Below are positions 36,898 through 49,985 of a DNA stretch of 64,000 nucleotides, one piece after another. Position numbers and translations under genes: made by a program. Source of the stretch: Squalus acanthias (lineage: Eukaryota); the NCBI GenBank assembly GCA_030390025.1, contig CM059431.1, forward strand, positions 146,136,001 to 146,200,000, written 5' to 3'. The notes beneath the pieces are model-generated. The model worked only from the letters and a program-made list of their open reading frames with translations, was not told the origin of the DNA and did not search any database. The number at the start of each line of letters is the position of its first letter. The stretch's first letter is position 1.

Positions 36898-37894
36898 GAT
36901 CATTATATCGTGTGAAACAATTGCCTTTGTGCCTGATGTGGAAGTTGTCTCTGCCCCTGGGCTGCTATTCAGCACAAACTGTCAAAAAAGTGGTGGAGAA
37001 ATGGAAAAAAGTTAAGCATTACCAATGTACATCACATCATGAGTGTCAGATAGTGTTCGATCTAATCTGAGAAGATGTTCAGAGTTTCACACAATCAAAC
37101 ATTAACTGAGGAGGAACATGAGGAAAAGGCCATGTTATGGGTGATTTGAAATTGATTGGGCCGATTACCTCTTGCAGTAAAACAGACAAACTAGGCACAG
37201 AGAATCTTGTACTGAAAGAACCGTCATTTCATTCAGGGGGATTTTGAATCCCAATTTACTGATTATCAGAAACATATTTGTAATTTTCAAAACTACATTA
37301 TAGGAAACTCGTATCCAAATGAAACGATGGAGTTTAATAATTGTAACTGTTGAAATGGACTCCCAGTCTTTTCTTCCCTAACGTAATACTGAGTGAAGTG
37401 GGCGGTAGTACTATTTCTGATTCTGATTGGTTATTTGATGAGACTGTTATCCAAAAATAATATAAATGTAAAATTACTGAAAGCTGATCGCATTTTCTGA
37501 AACACAACAGAGGATGTTTAGTGGAACAAAAGGCCACTTTGGTCCAAACTAGTCTGTCCTGTTAGAGATGAACCCACCTGCCCTCTCTCAGTGTATCCAC
37601 AGAAACACAACCAATTCTCTCTTGTCCCCACTTACAATGCCCCTTAGTGTCCTCCCTGGTAACTGGTCTCCCGCTCTATTACCCTTTGGTGAAAAAGATT
37701 ACCCTGATTTCCCTTCTTAGCCCTGGCGTGTTAGTGTCAGTTTTCTCTTAATTAATTGTGTTCATTGTGAATCTCATTCCGGCATTAATTTTGTGACTTC
37801 CGTTAGAAATTCTGATCAATTCCTGACGCACACAATCATATTATTTCTCTCTGCCCCTTCACCATTTCAATAATATTCTTTCTGTGATTAGAAG

Positions 37895-40800
37895 TACCTG
37901 ACACACAAACGGTGGAACTTCTGTACATTCGCAGTCTGTCCCTCTCCCAGTGCGCACACTATCCCAAATAACCTACCCAGGACCTGACACACTAACTGTG
38001 GAACTTCTGTCCATTCACAGTCTGTCCCACTCCCAGTGCCCACACTACCCCAGATAACCTGCCCAGGACCTGACACACTAGACATAGACATAGACAAGAC
38101 ATAGACGATAGACGATAGGAGCAGGAGTAGGCCATTCGGCTACTCGAGCCTGCTCCGCCATTCAGTGCGATCATGGCTGATCATCCAAATTCAGTACCCT
38201 GTCCCTGCTTTCTCCCCATATCCCTTGATCCCCTTAGCCTTAAGAAATATATCTAATTCCTTCTTGAATATATTTAATGAATTGGACTCAACTGTCTTCT
38301 GTGGTAGAGAATTCCACAGGTTCACCACTCTCTGGGTGAATAAATTCCTCCTCATCTCAGTCCTAAATGGCTTACCCCTTATCTTTAGACTGTGACCCCT
38401 GGTTCTGGACTCCCCCACCATCGGGAACATCCTTCCTGCATCTAGTCTGTCTAGTCCTGTTAGAATTTTATAAGTTTCAATGAGATCCCCTCTCATTCTT
38501 CTAAACTCTAGCGAATACAAGCCCAATCGACCCAATCTCTCTTCATACGTCCTTCCTGCCATCCCAGGTATCAGTCTGGTGAATCTTCGCTGCACTCCCT
38601 CCATGGCAAGAACATCCTTCCTCAGATAAGGAGACCAAAACTGCACACAATACTCAAGGTGTGGTCTCACCAAGGCCCTGTACAACTGCAGCAAGACATC
38701 CTTGCTCCTGTACTCGAATCCTCTCGCTACGAAGGCCAACATACCATTTGCCTTCTTAACCGCCTGCTGCACCTGCATGCTTACCTTCAACGACTAGTGC
38801 ACAAGGACTCCCAGGTCTCGTTGCACTTCCCCTTTTCCCAATCTATTGCCGTTCAGATAATAATCTGCCTTCCTGTTTTTGCCACCAAAGTGGATAACCT
38901 CGCATTTATCCACATTATACTGCATCTGCCCAATCACCCAACCTGTCCAAATCATACTGGAGTTGCTCTGCATCCTCCTCACAGCACACACGCCCACCCA
39001 GCTTTGTGTCGTCTACAAACTTGGAGATATTACATCTAGTTCCCTCGTCTACATCATTAACATATATTGTGAATAACTGGGGTCCTAGCACTGATCCCTG
39101 CGGTACCCCACTAGTCACTGCCTGCCACTCGGAAAAAGACACGTTTATTCCAACTCTTTGCTTCCTGTCTGCCAACCAGTTTTCTATCCAAGTCAGTACC
39201 TTACCCCCAATCCCATGTGCTTTAACTTTGCACGCTAATCTCTTATGCGAGACCTTATCGAAAGCCTTCTGAAAGTCCAAATACACCACATCCACTGGTT
39301 CTCCCTTATCTATTCTACCAGTTACATCTTCAAAAAATTGCAGTAGATTAGTCAAGCATGATTTACCTTTTGTAAATCCATGTTGACTTTGTCCGATCCT
39401 GTCACTGTTTTCAAAGTGCTCTGCTATTACATTTTTTATAATGGACTCTAGCATTTTCCCCACTATCGATGTCCGGCTTATAATTCCCCGTTTTCTCTCT
39501 CCCACCTTTTTTAAATAGTGCGGTTACATTAGCTACCCTCCAATCCATGGGAACTGTTCCAGAGTCTATAGAATTTTGGAAGATGAGCAGCAATGCATCT
39601 ACTATTTCTAGGGCCACTTCCTTAAGTACCCTAGGATGTAGATTATCAGGCCCTGGGGATTTATCGGCCTTCAATCCTGTCAATTTCCCTAACACCATTT
39701 CCCTGCAAATACTGATTTCATTCAGTTCCTCCCTCTCATTAGACCCTATGTTCCCCGACATCTCTGGGAGGTTATTTGTGTCCTCCTTTGTGAAGACAGA
39801 ACCAAAGTATGTATTTAATTGGTCTGCCATTTCTTTGTTCCCCATTATAAATTCCCCTGATTCTGACTGCAAGGGACCTACGCTTGACTTCACCAATCTT
39901 TTTCTCTTCACATATCTATAGAAGCTTTTACAGTCAGTTTTTAATGTTCCCTGCAAGCTTACTCTCATACTCTATTTCCCCCCTCCTTCATGAAGCCCTT
40001 TGTCCTCCTTTGCTGAATCCTAAACTGCTCCCAATCCTCAGGTTTGCTGCTTTTTCTGGCCAATTTATATGTCCTCTCCTTGGATCTTATGCTATCCCTA
40101 ATTTCCCTTGTTAGCCACGGTTGAGTCACCTTCTTTGTTTTATTTTTATGCCAAACAGGGATGAACAAATTCTGTAGTTCATCCATGCGATCTTTAAATG
40201 TTTGCCATTGCCTATCCACCGTCAACCCTTTAAGTAACGTTCCCCAATCCATCTTAGCCAACTCGCGCCTCATACCATCGAAGTTTCCTTTATTTAAATT
40301 CAGCACCCAAGTCTCTGAGTCAACTACTTCACTCTCCATCTTAATGAAGAATTCGATCATATTATGATCGCTCCTCCCCAAGAGGCCTCGCACAACAATA
40401 TTGCTAATTAATCCTTTCTCTTTACATAATACCCAGTCTAAGATGGCCTGATCTCTAGTTGGTTCCTCGACATATTGGTCCAGGAAACCATCCTGTATAC
40501 ACTCTAGGAATTCCTCCTCCACAGAATTGTTACTAATTTGATTAGCCCAATCTATATGTAGATTAAAGTCACCCATGATAACTGCTGTGCCCTTATTGCA
40601 CGCGTCTCTAATTTCCCGTTTAATGCCATCCCCAACCTCAGCATTACTGTTTGGGGATCTGTATACAACTCCCACTAACGTTTTCTGCCCCTTTTTTTTT
40701 TTCTCAGCTCTACCCACACAGATTCCACATCATCAGAGCTAATATCCTTCCTTACTGTTGTGTTAATCTCCTCTTTAACCAGCAATGCTACCCCACCTCC

Positions 40801-42850
40801 TTTTCCTTTTTGCCTGTCCTTCCGGAATATTGAATACCCCTGGATGTTGAATTCCCAGCCTTGGTCACCCTGGAGCCATGTCTCCGTAATCCCAATTATA
40901 TCATATCCGTTTACATCTATTTGCGCAGCTAATTCATCCACCTTATTACGAATGCTCCTCTCATTTAGACACAGAGCCTTCAGGCTTGTTTTTTTTAACA
41001 CTTAGACCATTTAGAATTATTGTTTACTGTGGCCATGTTTGATTTACACCCTTGATTTCTCTGCCTTCCACTTTTGCTTTTCTCCTTCCTGTCTTGTGTT
41101 TCTATTCTTGCTTCCCTTTCCTCTGTCTCCCTCCACAGGTTCCCAACCCCCTGCCATTTTAGTTTTAACCCTCCCCAACAGCAATAGAAAATACTCCCCC
41201 GAGTACTTTGGTCCCGGTCCTGCCCAGGTGCAAACCATCCAGTTTGTACTGGTCCCACCTCCCCCAGAACTGGTTCCAATGTCCCATGAAGTTGAATCCC
41301 TCCCCCTTGCACCATTCTTCTAGCCACGTATTCATCTGAAATATCCTTCAATTTCTACTCTGACTAGTACGTGGCACTGGTAGCAATCCTGAGATTACTA
41401 CCTTTTGATGTCCTATTTTTTAATTTACCTCCTAACTCCCTATATTCAGCTTTTAGGACCTCATCCTGTTTTTTTACCTATATCGTTGGTACCTATATGC
41501 ACCACGACAACTGGCTGCTCACCCTCCCCCTCCAGAATGCCCTGCAGCCGCTCCAAGACATCCTCGACCCTTGCACCAGGGAGGCAACATACCATCCTGG
41601 ACTCTCATTTGCGGCTGCAGAAACGCCTATCTATTCCCCTTACAATAGAACCCCCTATCACTAGCTCTCCCGCTCTTTTTCCTCCCCTCCTGTGCAACAG
41701 AACCACCCATGGTGCCAGGAAGTTGGCTGCTGCTGCGTTCCCCCGATAAGTCATCCCCCTCAACAATATCCAAAGTGGTGTATCTGTTTGAGAGGGGGAT
41801 GGCCACAGGGGAACCCTGCACTACCTGCCTGTGCCTACTACTCTGCCTGGCGGTCACCCATTCCCTTCCTGCCTGTGCAGCCTTTACCTACGGTGTGACC
41901 AACCCATTAAACGTGATATCCACGACGTCCTCAGCATCGCGAATGCTCCAGTATGCATCCATTCGCAGCTCCAGCGCCGCAATGCGGTCTACCAGTAGCT
42001 GCAGCTGGATACACTTCCTGCACACATGGTCGTCAGGGACACAGGAAGTGTCCCTGATTTCCCACATAGCGCAGGAGGAGCATACCACGGGGCCCAGCTG
42101 TGCTGCCATGACACATCCTTTAATTAATTTAAATTAAATTAAATCAAACCAATACCACCAATTACACTACAATTAAATGATGTAGTCAAGGGCCCTTGTT
42201 TACTAGCACTCCCCGCTACACAACAGAGACCTTAGAAACTACAACCACAAAATTAAGACCTTCTAAACTTTATAAACTATTAACCTTATCTGTCACACTA
42301 CAGAGTAGTATAAATACTCACCTGGCCGTACTCACCCAATCAGCTGCTTCCTCTTGCCCGTGTCACTTTTTGAATCGTGACGTGGCTCTGGAACGCCGCC
42401 GCCGGTCTGTGAGATTGGTAAGCCTCTGCAAAAAAGCCCGTGAAAGTGAGTTTAAGTACTCACTGAACCGTCGCTCTCTGCTCCTCCCGACTCCGGTCTC
42501 TGCAAAAAAGCCCGCAAAAGTGAGCTTAAAAACTCACAGAACCGTCACTCTCTCCTTTCCCGACACCGGCCTCACCACTAATGGTGGAACTTCTGCATAT
42601 TCACAGTCTGTCCCTCTCCCAGTGCCCACACTAACCCAGATATCCTGCCCAGGACCTGACATACTAACGGTGGAACTTCTGTCCATTCACAGTCTGTCCC
42701 TCTCCCAGTGCACACACTAACCCAGATAACCTGCCCAGGACCTGACATACTAACGGTGGAACTTCTATACATTCACAGTCTGTCCCAGTGCCCACACTCC
42801 CCCAGATAACCTGCCCATGGTCTGATACAGCAACGGCGGATCTTCTGCAC
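37895..42850. repeat. 86-bp minisatellite split by a LINE (37895-38080 and 42576-42850)
   Basis: GAACTT recurs at 37915 and 38001, then at 42587, 42673 and 42759. Confidence 0.85.
38081..42575 (-). mobile_element. Full-length but disrupted CR1 LINE (5' UTR, ORF1, ORF2 APE-RT, tail)
   Basis: ORF1 starts at 42109 (CSSC..CRKC zinc finger, then esterase). APE: LNERSIRNK, GITETWL, MGDFN, SDHNMI. RT: QHGF, GVPQG, KFVDD. Microsatellite tail at 38081-38115; short TSD CACTA. Confidence 0.93.
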
Positions 42851-43280
42851 ATTGTCTCTCTCGGTGAGCAATCAATCCCGTTTTCCACTGCGGCAGAAGG
42901 GATGCACCACTGACGGTTTCAGAGATTGATCCACTAGAACTTCTACTGTCGTATAAACAGGATCATGTGTGGATTTGTAATGTGATTTCTAAAGCACAGG
43001 CAGGCCGGTTAGTATTAACCATCAGAGGGAAAATATCACCTTCATAGAAATCTCCATGTTCAGTGAATATTAGAATCAAGTGAAGATTGGAAACTTTTCT
43101 CGGCCATTGTTCACTTTCAAATGAGGTTTCCATTAACTGAGTTTAATTTTTGCATGCATTTCTATTGAAGCAGTGAATTAAACCTTGCAATATTTTACTG
43201 AACATTAAATAGTATTGAGAAGTTGTTTTTTGTCAATACAACTAACATTGAGAACCACTTTCTGACTGTTCTAATTGAAG

Positions 43281-44390
43281 ATGTTCAACAGAAACACAAG
43301 GAAACACTCCGGGTACAAACTGAAACACTGAGAGTGAACACTATCCTAATAAAGGAGAAGGTTAAGGTTTTCCAGCTGGTTGATCGATATGCTGAGCTAA
43401 CGGTCATTTCTACTGTTCGAGATCGGACACTTGTAGAACATGAACTGCTGGCAAGAGGCCGAGACCATGAAGAGTGGAGAAAGCAACATCTCCGGGAGAG
43501 AGCTGGAAAAAATCCGAACTGATCAATTGTTCCAGAGCTGTTTTTCCCCGGAGAAAATCCAAATCTGGGAGTTCAGGTGCAGTGAGCGGTGTCCCGGGGA
43601 TTGAAAAAACAACAATGGTACAAAAGATTGTTCATGACTGGGCCACTGAGAAAATATACCCACACTTTCAATTTGTTTTCAGTTTTAAATTCTGGGATTT
43701 GAACGCTATTAACTGTAGAATAAACCTGAGGAATCTGATACTCTTTTTCTATCCTTACTTTGGGAAAGTTCTGGGAGAGCTCTGGAAGAACCCAGAGGGA
43801 TTGCTGTTTATATTCGATGGTTTGGATGAATTCAAGGACAGGATCGATTTTGCTGACAATCGGAGAAATACAGAACCTCAGTCCATGTGCACAGATCCCG
43901 AATGCTGGTGTGAAGTGTCTGACATTGTGTACAGTTTAATACAGCACAAGCTGCTCCCAGGATGTTCATTGCTAGTGACCAGCCGCCCCTACTGCATTAC
44001 ATTTATTGGAAAAGGCTGAGATCAGTGTCTGGGCTGAAATCCTGGGATTTGGTGGTGAAGAACGGAAGGAATATTTCAACAAGTTTTTTCAAGATCAGGC
44101 GGTGGCAGCAGCTGTTTACAAACACGTGGAGGAGAACGAGATCCTGTACACCATGTGCTACAACCCTTCCTACTGCTGGATCCTCGGTCTGTCACTGGGT
44201 CCCTTCTTCACACTTAGAGACAGGAATCAGCAGCTAGTTCCCATGACCATCACCCAACTATATTCCTACTATATCTACAACATTCTGAAAAACCATGGCC
44301 GAGAGATTGAAAGCCCCCGTGATGTGTTACTGAAGCTTGGTGAGATGGCCTTCACAGGAGTCTCCGAGAAGAAGATTGTGTTTGGAAATG
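43281..44390 (+). pseudogene. NLR NACHT exon, truncated
   Basis: DVQQKHKETLRVQTE..YAELTVI; Walker A GVPGIEKTT (G>E at 43603), Walker B LLFIFDGLDE, LLVTSRP, EILGF, MCYNPSYCWI and LGEMAFTGV; frameshifts near 43495, 43545 and 43990. Confidence 0.92.
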
Positions 44391-45990
44391 GTGGGTTCGG
44401 GGTCGGGGGCGGCCTGGTCGAGTGGGGCCAAGGTCGGTGGCGGGTCGGGTGGGGCCGGGGTCAGTGGTGGGTTCGGCCCCCGACCCGCCACCGACCCCAG
44501 CCCCAGCCGACCCGACCCCAGGCCCACTCGACCAGTCCCCACCCGACCCGACTCCGGCCCCACTCGACCAGGCCCCACCCGACCCGCCACTGACCCCGGC
44601 CCCAACCGATCCCGGCCCCACTCGACCAGGCCCCACCCGACCCCGAACCCACCACTGACCCCGGCCCCACCCGACCCGCCACCGACCTTGGCCCCACTCG
44701 ACCAGGCCCCACCTGACCCCGAACCCACCACTGACCTTAGCACCACCCGACCCGCCACCGACCCCAGCCCCAGCAGACCCGACCCCAGGCCCACTCGACC
44801 AGTCCCCACCCGACCCGACTCCGGCCCCACCCGACCCGCCACTGACCCCGGCCCCACTCGACCAGGCCGCACCCGACCCGCCACCGACCCCAGCCCCAGC
44901 CGACCCGACCCCAGGCCCACTCGACCAGTCCCCACCCGACCCGACTCCGGCCCCACTCGACCAGGCCCCACCCGACCCGCCACTGACCCCGGCCCCAACC
45001 GATCCCGGCCCCACTCGACCAGGCCCCACCCGACCCCGAACCCACCACTGACCCCGGCCCCACCCGACCCGCCACCGACCTTGGCCCCACTCGACCAGGC
45101 CCCACCTGACCCCGAACCCACCACTGACCTTAGCACCACCCGACCCGCCACCGACCCCAGCCCAGCAGACCCGACCCCAGGCCCACTCGACCAGTCCCCA
45201 CCCGACCCGACTCCGGCCCCACCTGACCCGCCACTGACCCCGGCCCCGGCCCCACTCGACCAGGCCGCACCCGACCCGCCACTGACCCCGGCCCCACTCG
45301 ACCAGGCCCCTCCCGACCCGCCACTGACCCCGGCCCCAGCCTCACTCGACCAGGCCCCACCCAACCCGCCATTGACCCCGGCCCCACTCGACCCCGGCCT
45401 CACTCGACCAGGCCCCACCCGACTCGCCACTGACCCCGGCCCCACTCGGCCAGGCCCCACCCGACCCGCCACTGACACAGGCCCCACCCGACCCCGGCCC
45501 CACCCGACCCCGGCCCCACTCGACCCCGGCCCCACCCGACCAGGCCCCACCCAACCCGCCACCGACGCCGGCCCCACCCGACCCCGAACCCACCACTGAC
45601 CTCAGCCCACCCGACCCGCCACTGACCCCGACCCCGGCCCCACCCGACCAGGCCCCACCTGACCCGCCACTGACCCCGGCCCCACCCGACCCAGGCCCCA
45701 CTCGACCAGGCCCCACCTGACCCGCCACTGACCCCGACCCAGGCCCCACTCGACCAGGCCCCACCCGACCTGCCACTGACCCCGGCCCCACTCGACCAGG
45801 CCCCACCCGACCCGCCACTGACCCCGGCCCCGGCCCCACTCGACCAGGCCTCACTCGACCAGGCCCCACCCGACTCGCCACTGACCCAGGCCCCACCCGA
45901 CCCGCCACTGACCCCAGCCCCACTTGACCAGGCCCCACCCGACCCGCCACCGACCCCGACCCGACCCCGGCTGCACCCGACCCGACCAGG
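44389..45990. repeat. GC-rich complex tandem repeat (CCCGACCCGCCACTGACCCCGGCCCCACTCGACCAGG-type)
   Basis: Scrambled short units with a ~393-bp higher-order duplication (44641 vs 45034); the first 88 bp are inverted. Confidence 0.9.
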
Positions 45991-46104
45991 GGGGAAACCG
46001 GGTTATTAATTTCCTGAAGTACTTTCAGTGATTGCTGTAATATCCCAGAGAGAAAATTATATCGGATCCGGGTTTTGATTCAGTTTGTTTCTCTCTGTGT
46101 TTAG

Positions 46105-46757
46105 ACTGAGCGACAATGGACTGGGAGATTCAGGAGTGAAACTACTGTCTGCAGGCTCTGAGGAACCCGGATTGTAAAATACAGAAACTGGAGTAAGTAC
46201 CAGACTGTGTGAGATTGTGTTTATAATAACTGGCTGTCTGACACTGAACATAATTATTAGTATCAGTAATAGTGTTATTAATAAACTCTGGGGATTTACA
46301 CTGATTCCTGTTGTTTCTCTCTTTGATCCCAGTCTATGGGCTGTCGGTCTCACAGATTCTTGTACCGAGGATCTCGTCTCCGCTCTCAGTACAATCCGGT
46401 CACTGATGGATCTGAACCTGAGATTAAACTCCTTCACAGACCGATCTGTCCCCGCTCTCAGCCGCCTCATACTGACCTGCAGGAGTCTGGAGTGGATCCT
46501 GTGAGTGTTTGTGTTAATGTTTAATGTAATAAATAAAATATCAATGGATTCAGTCAATTATGCGTAAAATTTGTCTGTAATTATTATAGAAATATTAACC
46601 CCAGTCTCGCGGTTATTTACACTGATGTTCAGTTTGTTTTTTTCCTGTTTAATCTTTAATCTGTTTCAGGCTGTGGGGGAATCAGTTCAGTTCAAATGGA
46701 AAGGAACAGCTGGAGTCACTGCAGAGAACAAGATCCGGACTGATTGTGTGGGTGTGA
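46105..46757 (+). pseudogene. Three terminal NLR LRR exons (46105-46192, 46333-46500, 46670-46757)
   Basis: LSDNGLGDSGVKLLS(A)/ALRNPDCKIQKL (+1 shift); LWAVGLTDSCTEDLVSAL..LNLRLNSFTDRSVPAL; LWGNQFSSNGKEQLESLQRTRSGLIVWV*. RI-like LRR pattern. Confidence 0.88.
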
Positions 46758-47666
46758 ACATTTCAGTTGATGACGTGATTGCTCTCATTATGTGACCATT
46801 TCCGGCCGTTGATTTGATTTGAATTTAATTTAACGGATTCCAGATCGAGCTGATCGCGTCATCTCCCATTGTGAGGTCAGAGGCCCAGCCACAGGGTCAC
46901 GTGACTCAGCCGCTCCCAGGCTGCACCCCTTTCAAAATGTGAGTTTCTGCAAATTGCAGAGTCTGTGTGAGTGTGTCTGAATGTGTGTGTGTGAGTTTCT
47001 GCAAATTGCAGAGTCTGTCTGAGTATGTATGTATGTGTGTGAGTGGGTGTCTGTGTCTGCAAATTGCAGAGTCTGTGTGAGTGTTTGTGTCATGTTACTG
47101 TAAATTTTAGTTCAATGTGGGTGGGAGGGAGACTGTGAGTGGCAGACAGACAGACAGACAGTCAGTGAGAGCGAGAGAGACATGAAATCAACAGGCAAGT
47201 TGCAGAATAGAAAGCCTGTTTCTGTAGGCCACAAAGTGAAAAGGTAAGATACTGAAAAGTGTCTTTTTGGTTTTAATCTTCCAACACGGCAGTCATCCCT
47301 CTGCAGGTTGGCCAGGCTGTGAGTGTGTGTGTGAGAGAGAGAGACGGCAAAAGCTGGTGTTTGTGTGAGATGTGGTCTGCTGTCTTATTACCTGCTGTTG
47401 TTGTATTAAACCCTATTGATTTCATTCTGGCCTGGTCCACATGTAATGCTGTTGTGTATCAATTTATTGCACTTTATTTCACTTCTCTTCACTTCAAGAC
47501 AGACAGTCAGTCAGTGAGATACCGAAAAATGTCTTTGTGGACTGCCTGACAATAAAAACTGCTCTGGGATCTTTGCATTCTTTTTATTCCACTCTACTCA
47601 AATCAAGACAAGGCAGGCAGGCAGTGAGAGAGACACATGAAATCAAGACAACATGCAGAATAGAAA

Positions 47667-47912
47667 TGAAAACAGAAATGCTGGAAATACTCAGTAGGTT
47701 AGGGAGCATCAGTGGAGATAGAGAAACTGAGTAAATGTTTCAGCTCGAGGACCTTTCGTCATAACCTTGCCAGAATCTGACAAAAGTTAATCGAGCTGAA
47801 ACATTACCTCTGTTTCTCTCTCTCTCTCCACAGCTGCTGCCTTACCTGCTGAGTATTTCCAGCATTTTCTGTTTTTATTTCAGATATCCCACATCCACAG
47901 CATTTGCTTTTG
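47667..47912. mobile_element. Penelope-derived fold-back insertion, 14-bp TSD
   Basis: TSD ATGCAGAATAGAAA at 47653-47666 and 47913-47926; inverted arms. Confidence 0.82.
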
Positions 47913-48364
47913 ATGCAGAATAGAAAGCCTGTTTCTGTAGGCCACAAAGTGAAAAGATAAGATACTGAAAAGTGTCTTTTTGGTTTTAATCTTCCAACAC
48001 GGCAGTCATCCCTCTGCAGGGTGTGTGTGTGTGTGTGTGTGTATGAGAGAGAGAGGGCAAAAGCTGGTGTTTGTGTGAGATGTGGTCTGCTGTCTTATTA
48101 CCTGTTGTATTAAAACCTATTGATTTCATTCTGGCCTGGTCCACATGTAATGCTGTTGTGTATCACTTTATTGCAGTTTGTTTCACTTGTCTTCACTTCA
48201 AGACAGACAGTCAGTGAGATACTGAAAAATGTCTGTGGACTGTCTGACAGTAAAAGCTGCGATGGGATCTTTGCATTCTTTTTTATTCCACTCCACTCAA
48301 ATCAAGAAAAGGCAGACGGGCAGGGGGAGAGACACATGAAATCAAGACAACTTGAGAATAGAAA

Positions 48365-48618
48365 TAAATACAGAAAATGCTGGAAATACTCTGCCGGTCA
48401 GGCAGCATCTGTGGAGATACAGAGAAACAGAGTTAACGCTTCAGCTCGATGACCTTTCGTCAGAACTTTGCCAGAATCTGACAAAAGGTCATCGAACTGA
48501 AACATTAACTCTGTTTCTCTCTCTCTCTCTCTCCACAGAAGCTGCCCGACCTGCTGAGTATTTCCAGCATTTTCTGTATTTATTTCAGATTTTCAGCATC
48601 CGCAGTATTTTACTTTTG
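48365..48618. mobile_element. Paralogous copy of the same fold-back insertion
   Basis: Same flanks and arms; the minus strand at 48431-48467 reads AGUU-CUGACGA-A-AGGUC-AUC-GAGCU-GAAG-CG-UU-AACU. Confidence 0.8.
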
Positions 48619-49684
48619 ATGCAGAATAGAAAGCCTGTTTCTGTAGGCCGCAAAATGAAAAGATAAGATACTGAAAAGTGTTGTTTTGCTTTTAGGCTGC
48701 CGAACACAGCAGAGCAATGAGAGAAATCAACTTTCTTTCATTGCTGAGAGTGTTGTGTGGCAATTTTATAGGCTGGCCTGTGTGTGTGTGAGAGAGAGAG
48801 ACAGACAGCAAAAGCTGAAGTGTATGCAGGGCTTGTCTGTGTTCAAGTTACCTGCCGTGTGCATTGGTACTGCATCTCATCTCTGGAAAAAAACAAAAGT
48901 ATATACCATTAGATCATACTGATTTCATTCCAGACTGCGCTGCTGTGGGATCTTACTTTGCCTATCTATCAAGACTTTTGTAAAAAGCAAAGCTACATAT
49001 ATACATAAACCAATTTATTTTTTTCTGGACTGGACTTTATCGGGACATAGTTGTGGGGTGTTTCAGATCATATCCTGCTGTGGAATCGTACTCTCCCTTT
49101 AATTCCCAACCCAAACCAAGACTGAAGTTTTGTATAATCGATTTAAAAAAAATATATATATTTTAATAGTAAATCCATTTGATTTTTTTCTCTGCTCTGG
49201 ACTGCATTGGGGAATGTGCTTGGTGTGTCTCACCGCAAAAGCTGCTGTGGGATCTTTCCATTCATATTATTCCACTCCACTCGAATCACAGACAGACATT
49301 TAGTTAACAAAATTAAAGTATATATGTTATTATTTCTTCTGGATTGTATTTACTTCTTTTCACCCTCCCTGCCTCCTTCCCTCCGTGCCCATCACCTGGG
49401 GCGGTGATCACCCCCTACATGCCTGTTCACCCCCTCCAATCGCCCAGGCCAGTCCCCCAGCTCCTGGTGGTCCTGAGCTCCACATTCACTCACTCACTCA
49501 CAGGAGCCGAGCTGGCGAGCTGCATCCGCCATTCCTTCCTTGCTTCCTGCACCATGTGCTGCCTGGCTGGGTGTGTCTGTGAGCAGCTGCACAGCCTGTG
49601 AGTGGCTCCAGACAATGGCCGCACACAGAAGCCGGGCCGGACCCGCTCTGCAACACAAGCTGCGCGCCCATTTAAAGTGACAGT

Positions 49685-49985
49685 CCATTGAAAAAGACCA
49701 TTATATTGCAAAGTGATATTCCATTGCAAAGGACTATTATATTGCAAAGTGATATTCCATTACAAAGGACTATTATATTGCAAAGTATATTCCATTGCAA
49801 AGGACTATTATATTGCAAAGTGATATTCCATTGCAAAGGACTATTATATTGCAAAGTGATATTCCATTGCAAAGGACTATTATATTGCAAAGTGGTATTC
49901 CATTGCAAAGGGCTATTATATTGCAAAGTGGTATTCCATTGCAAAGGGCTATTATATTGCAAAGTGATATTCCATTGCAAAGGAC
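49685..49985. repeat. 36-bp minisatellite, about 8 copies
   Basis: Unit TCCATTGCAAAGGACTATTATATTGCAAAGTGATAT. Confidence 0.93.

Larger units (their letters stand above)
22146..46757 (+). pseudogene. NLR-family (CARD-like + NACHT + LRR) multi-exon pseudogene
   Basis: Eight exons with canonical AG/GT ends (the NACHT exon is 3'-truncated): 22146-22241, 27465-27632, 35475-35646, 35748-35812, 43281-~44390, 46105-46192, 46333-46500, 46670-46757. In-frame stops at 35562 and 35637, several frameshifts, and a Walker A mutation. Confidence 0.88.
47160..48960. repeat. Local triplication of a ~460-bp unit; copies 2 and 3 carry a Penelope-derived insertion
   Basis: CATGAAATCAA…GAATAGAAAGCCTGTTTCTGTAGGCC recurs near 47180, 47635/47915 and 48335/48620. 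Confidence 0.85.

Noticed and set aside
44327..45950. 416/420-aa ORFs as a genuine NLR extension or collagen-like gene
   Set aside because: They are translations of the GC-rich repeat, open on both strands.
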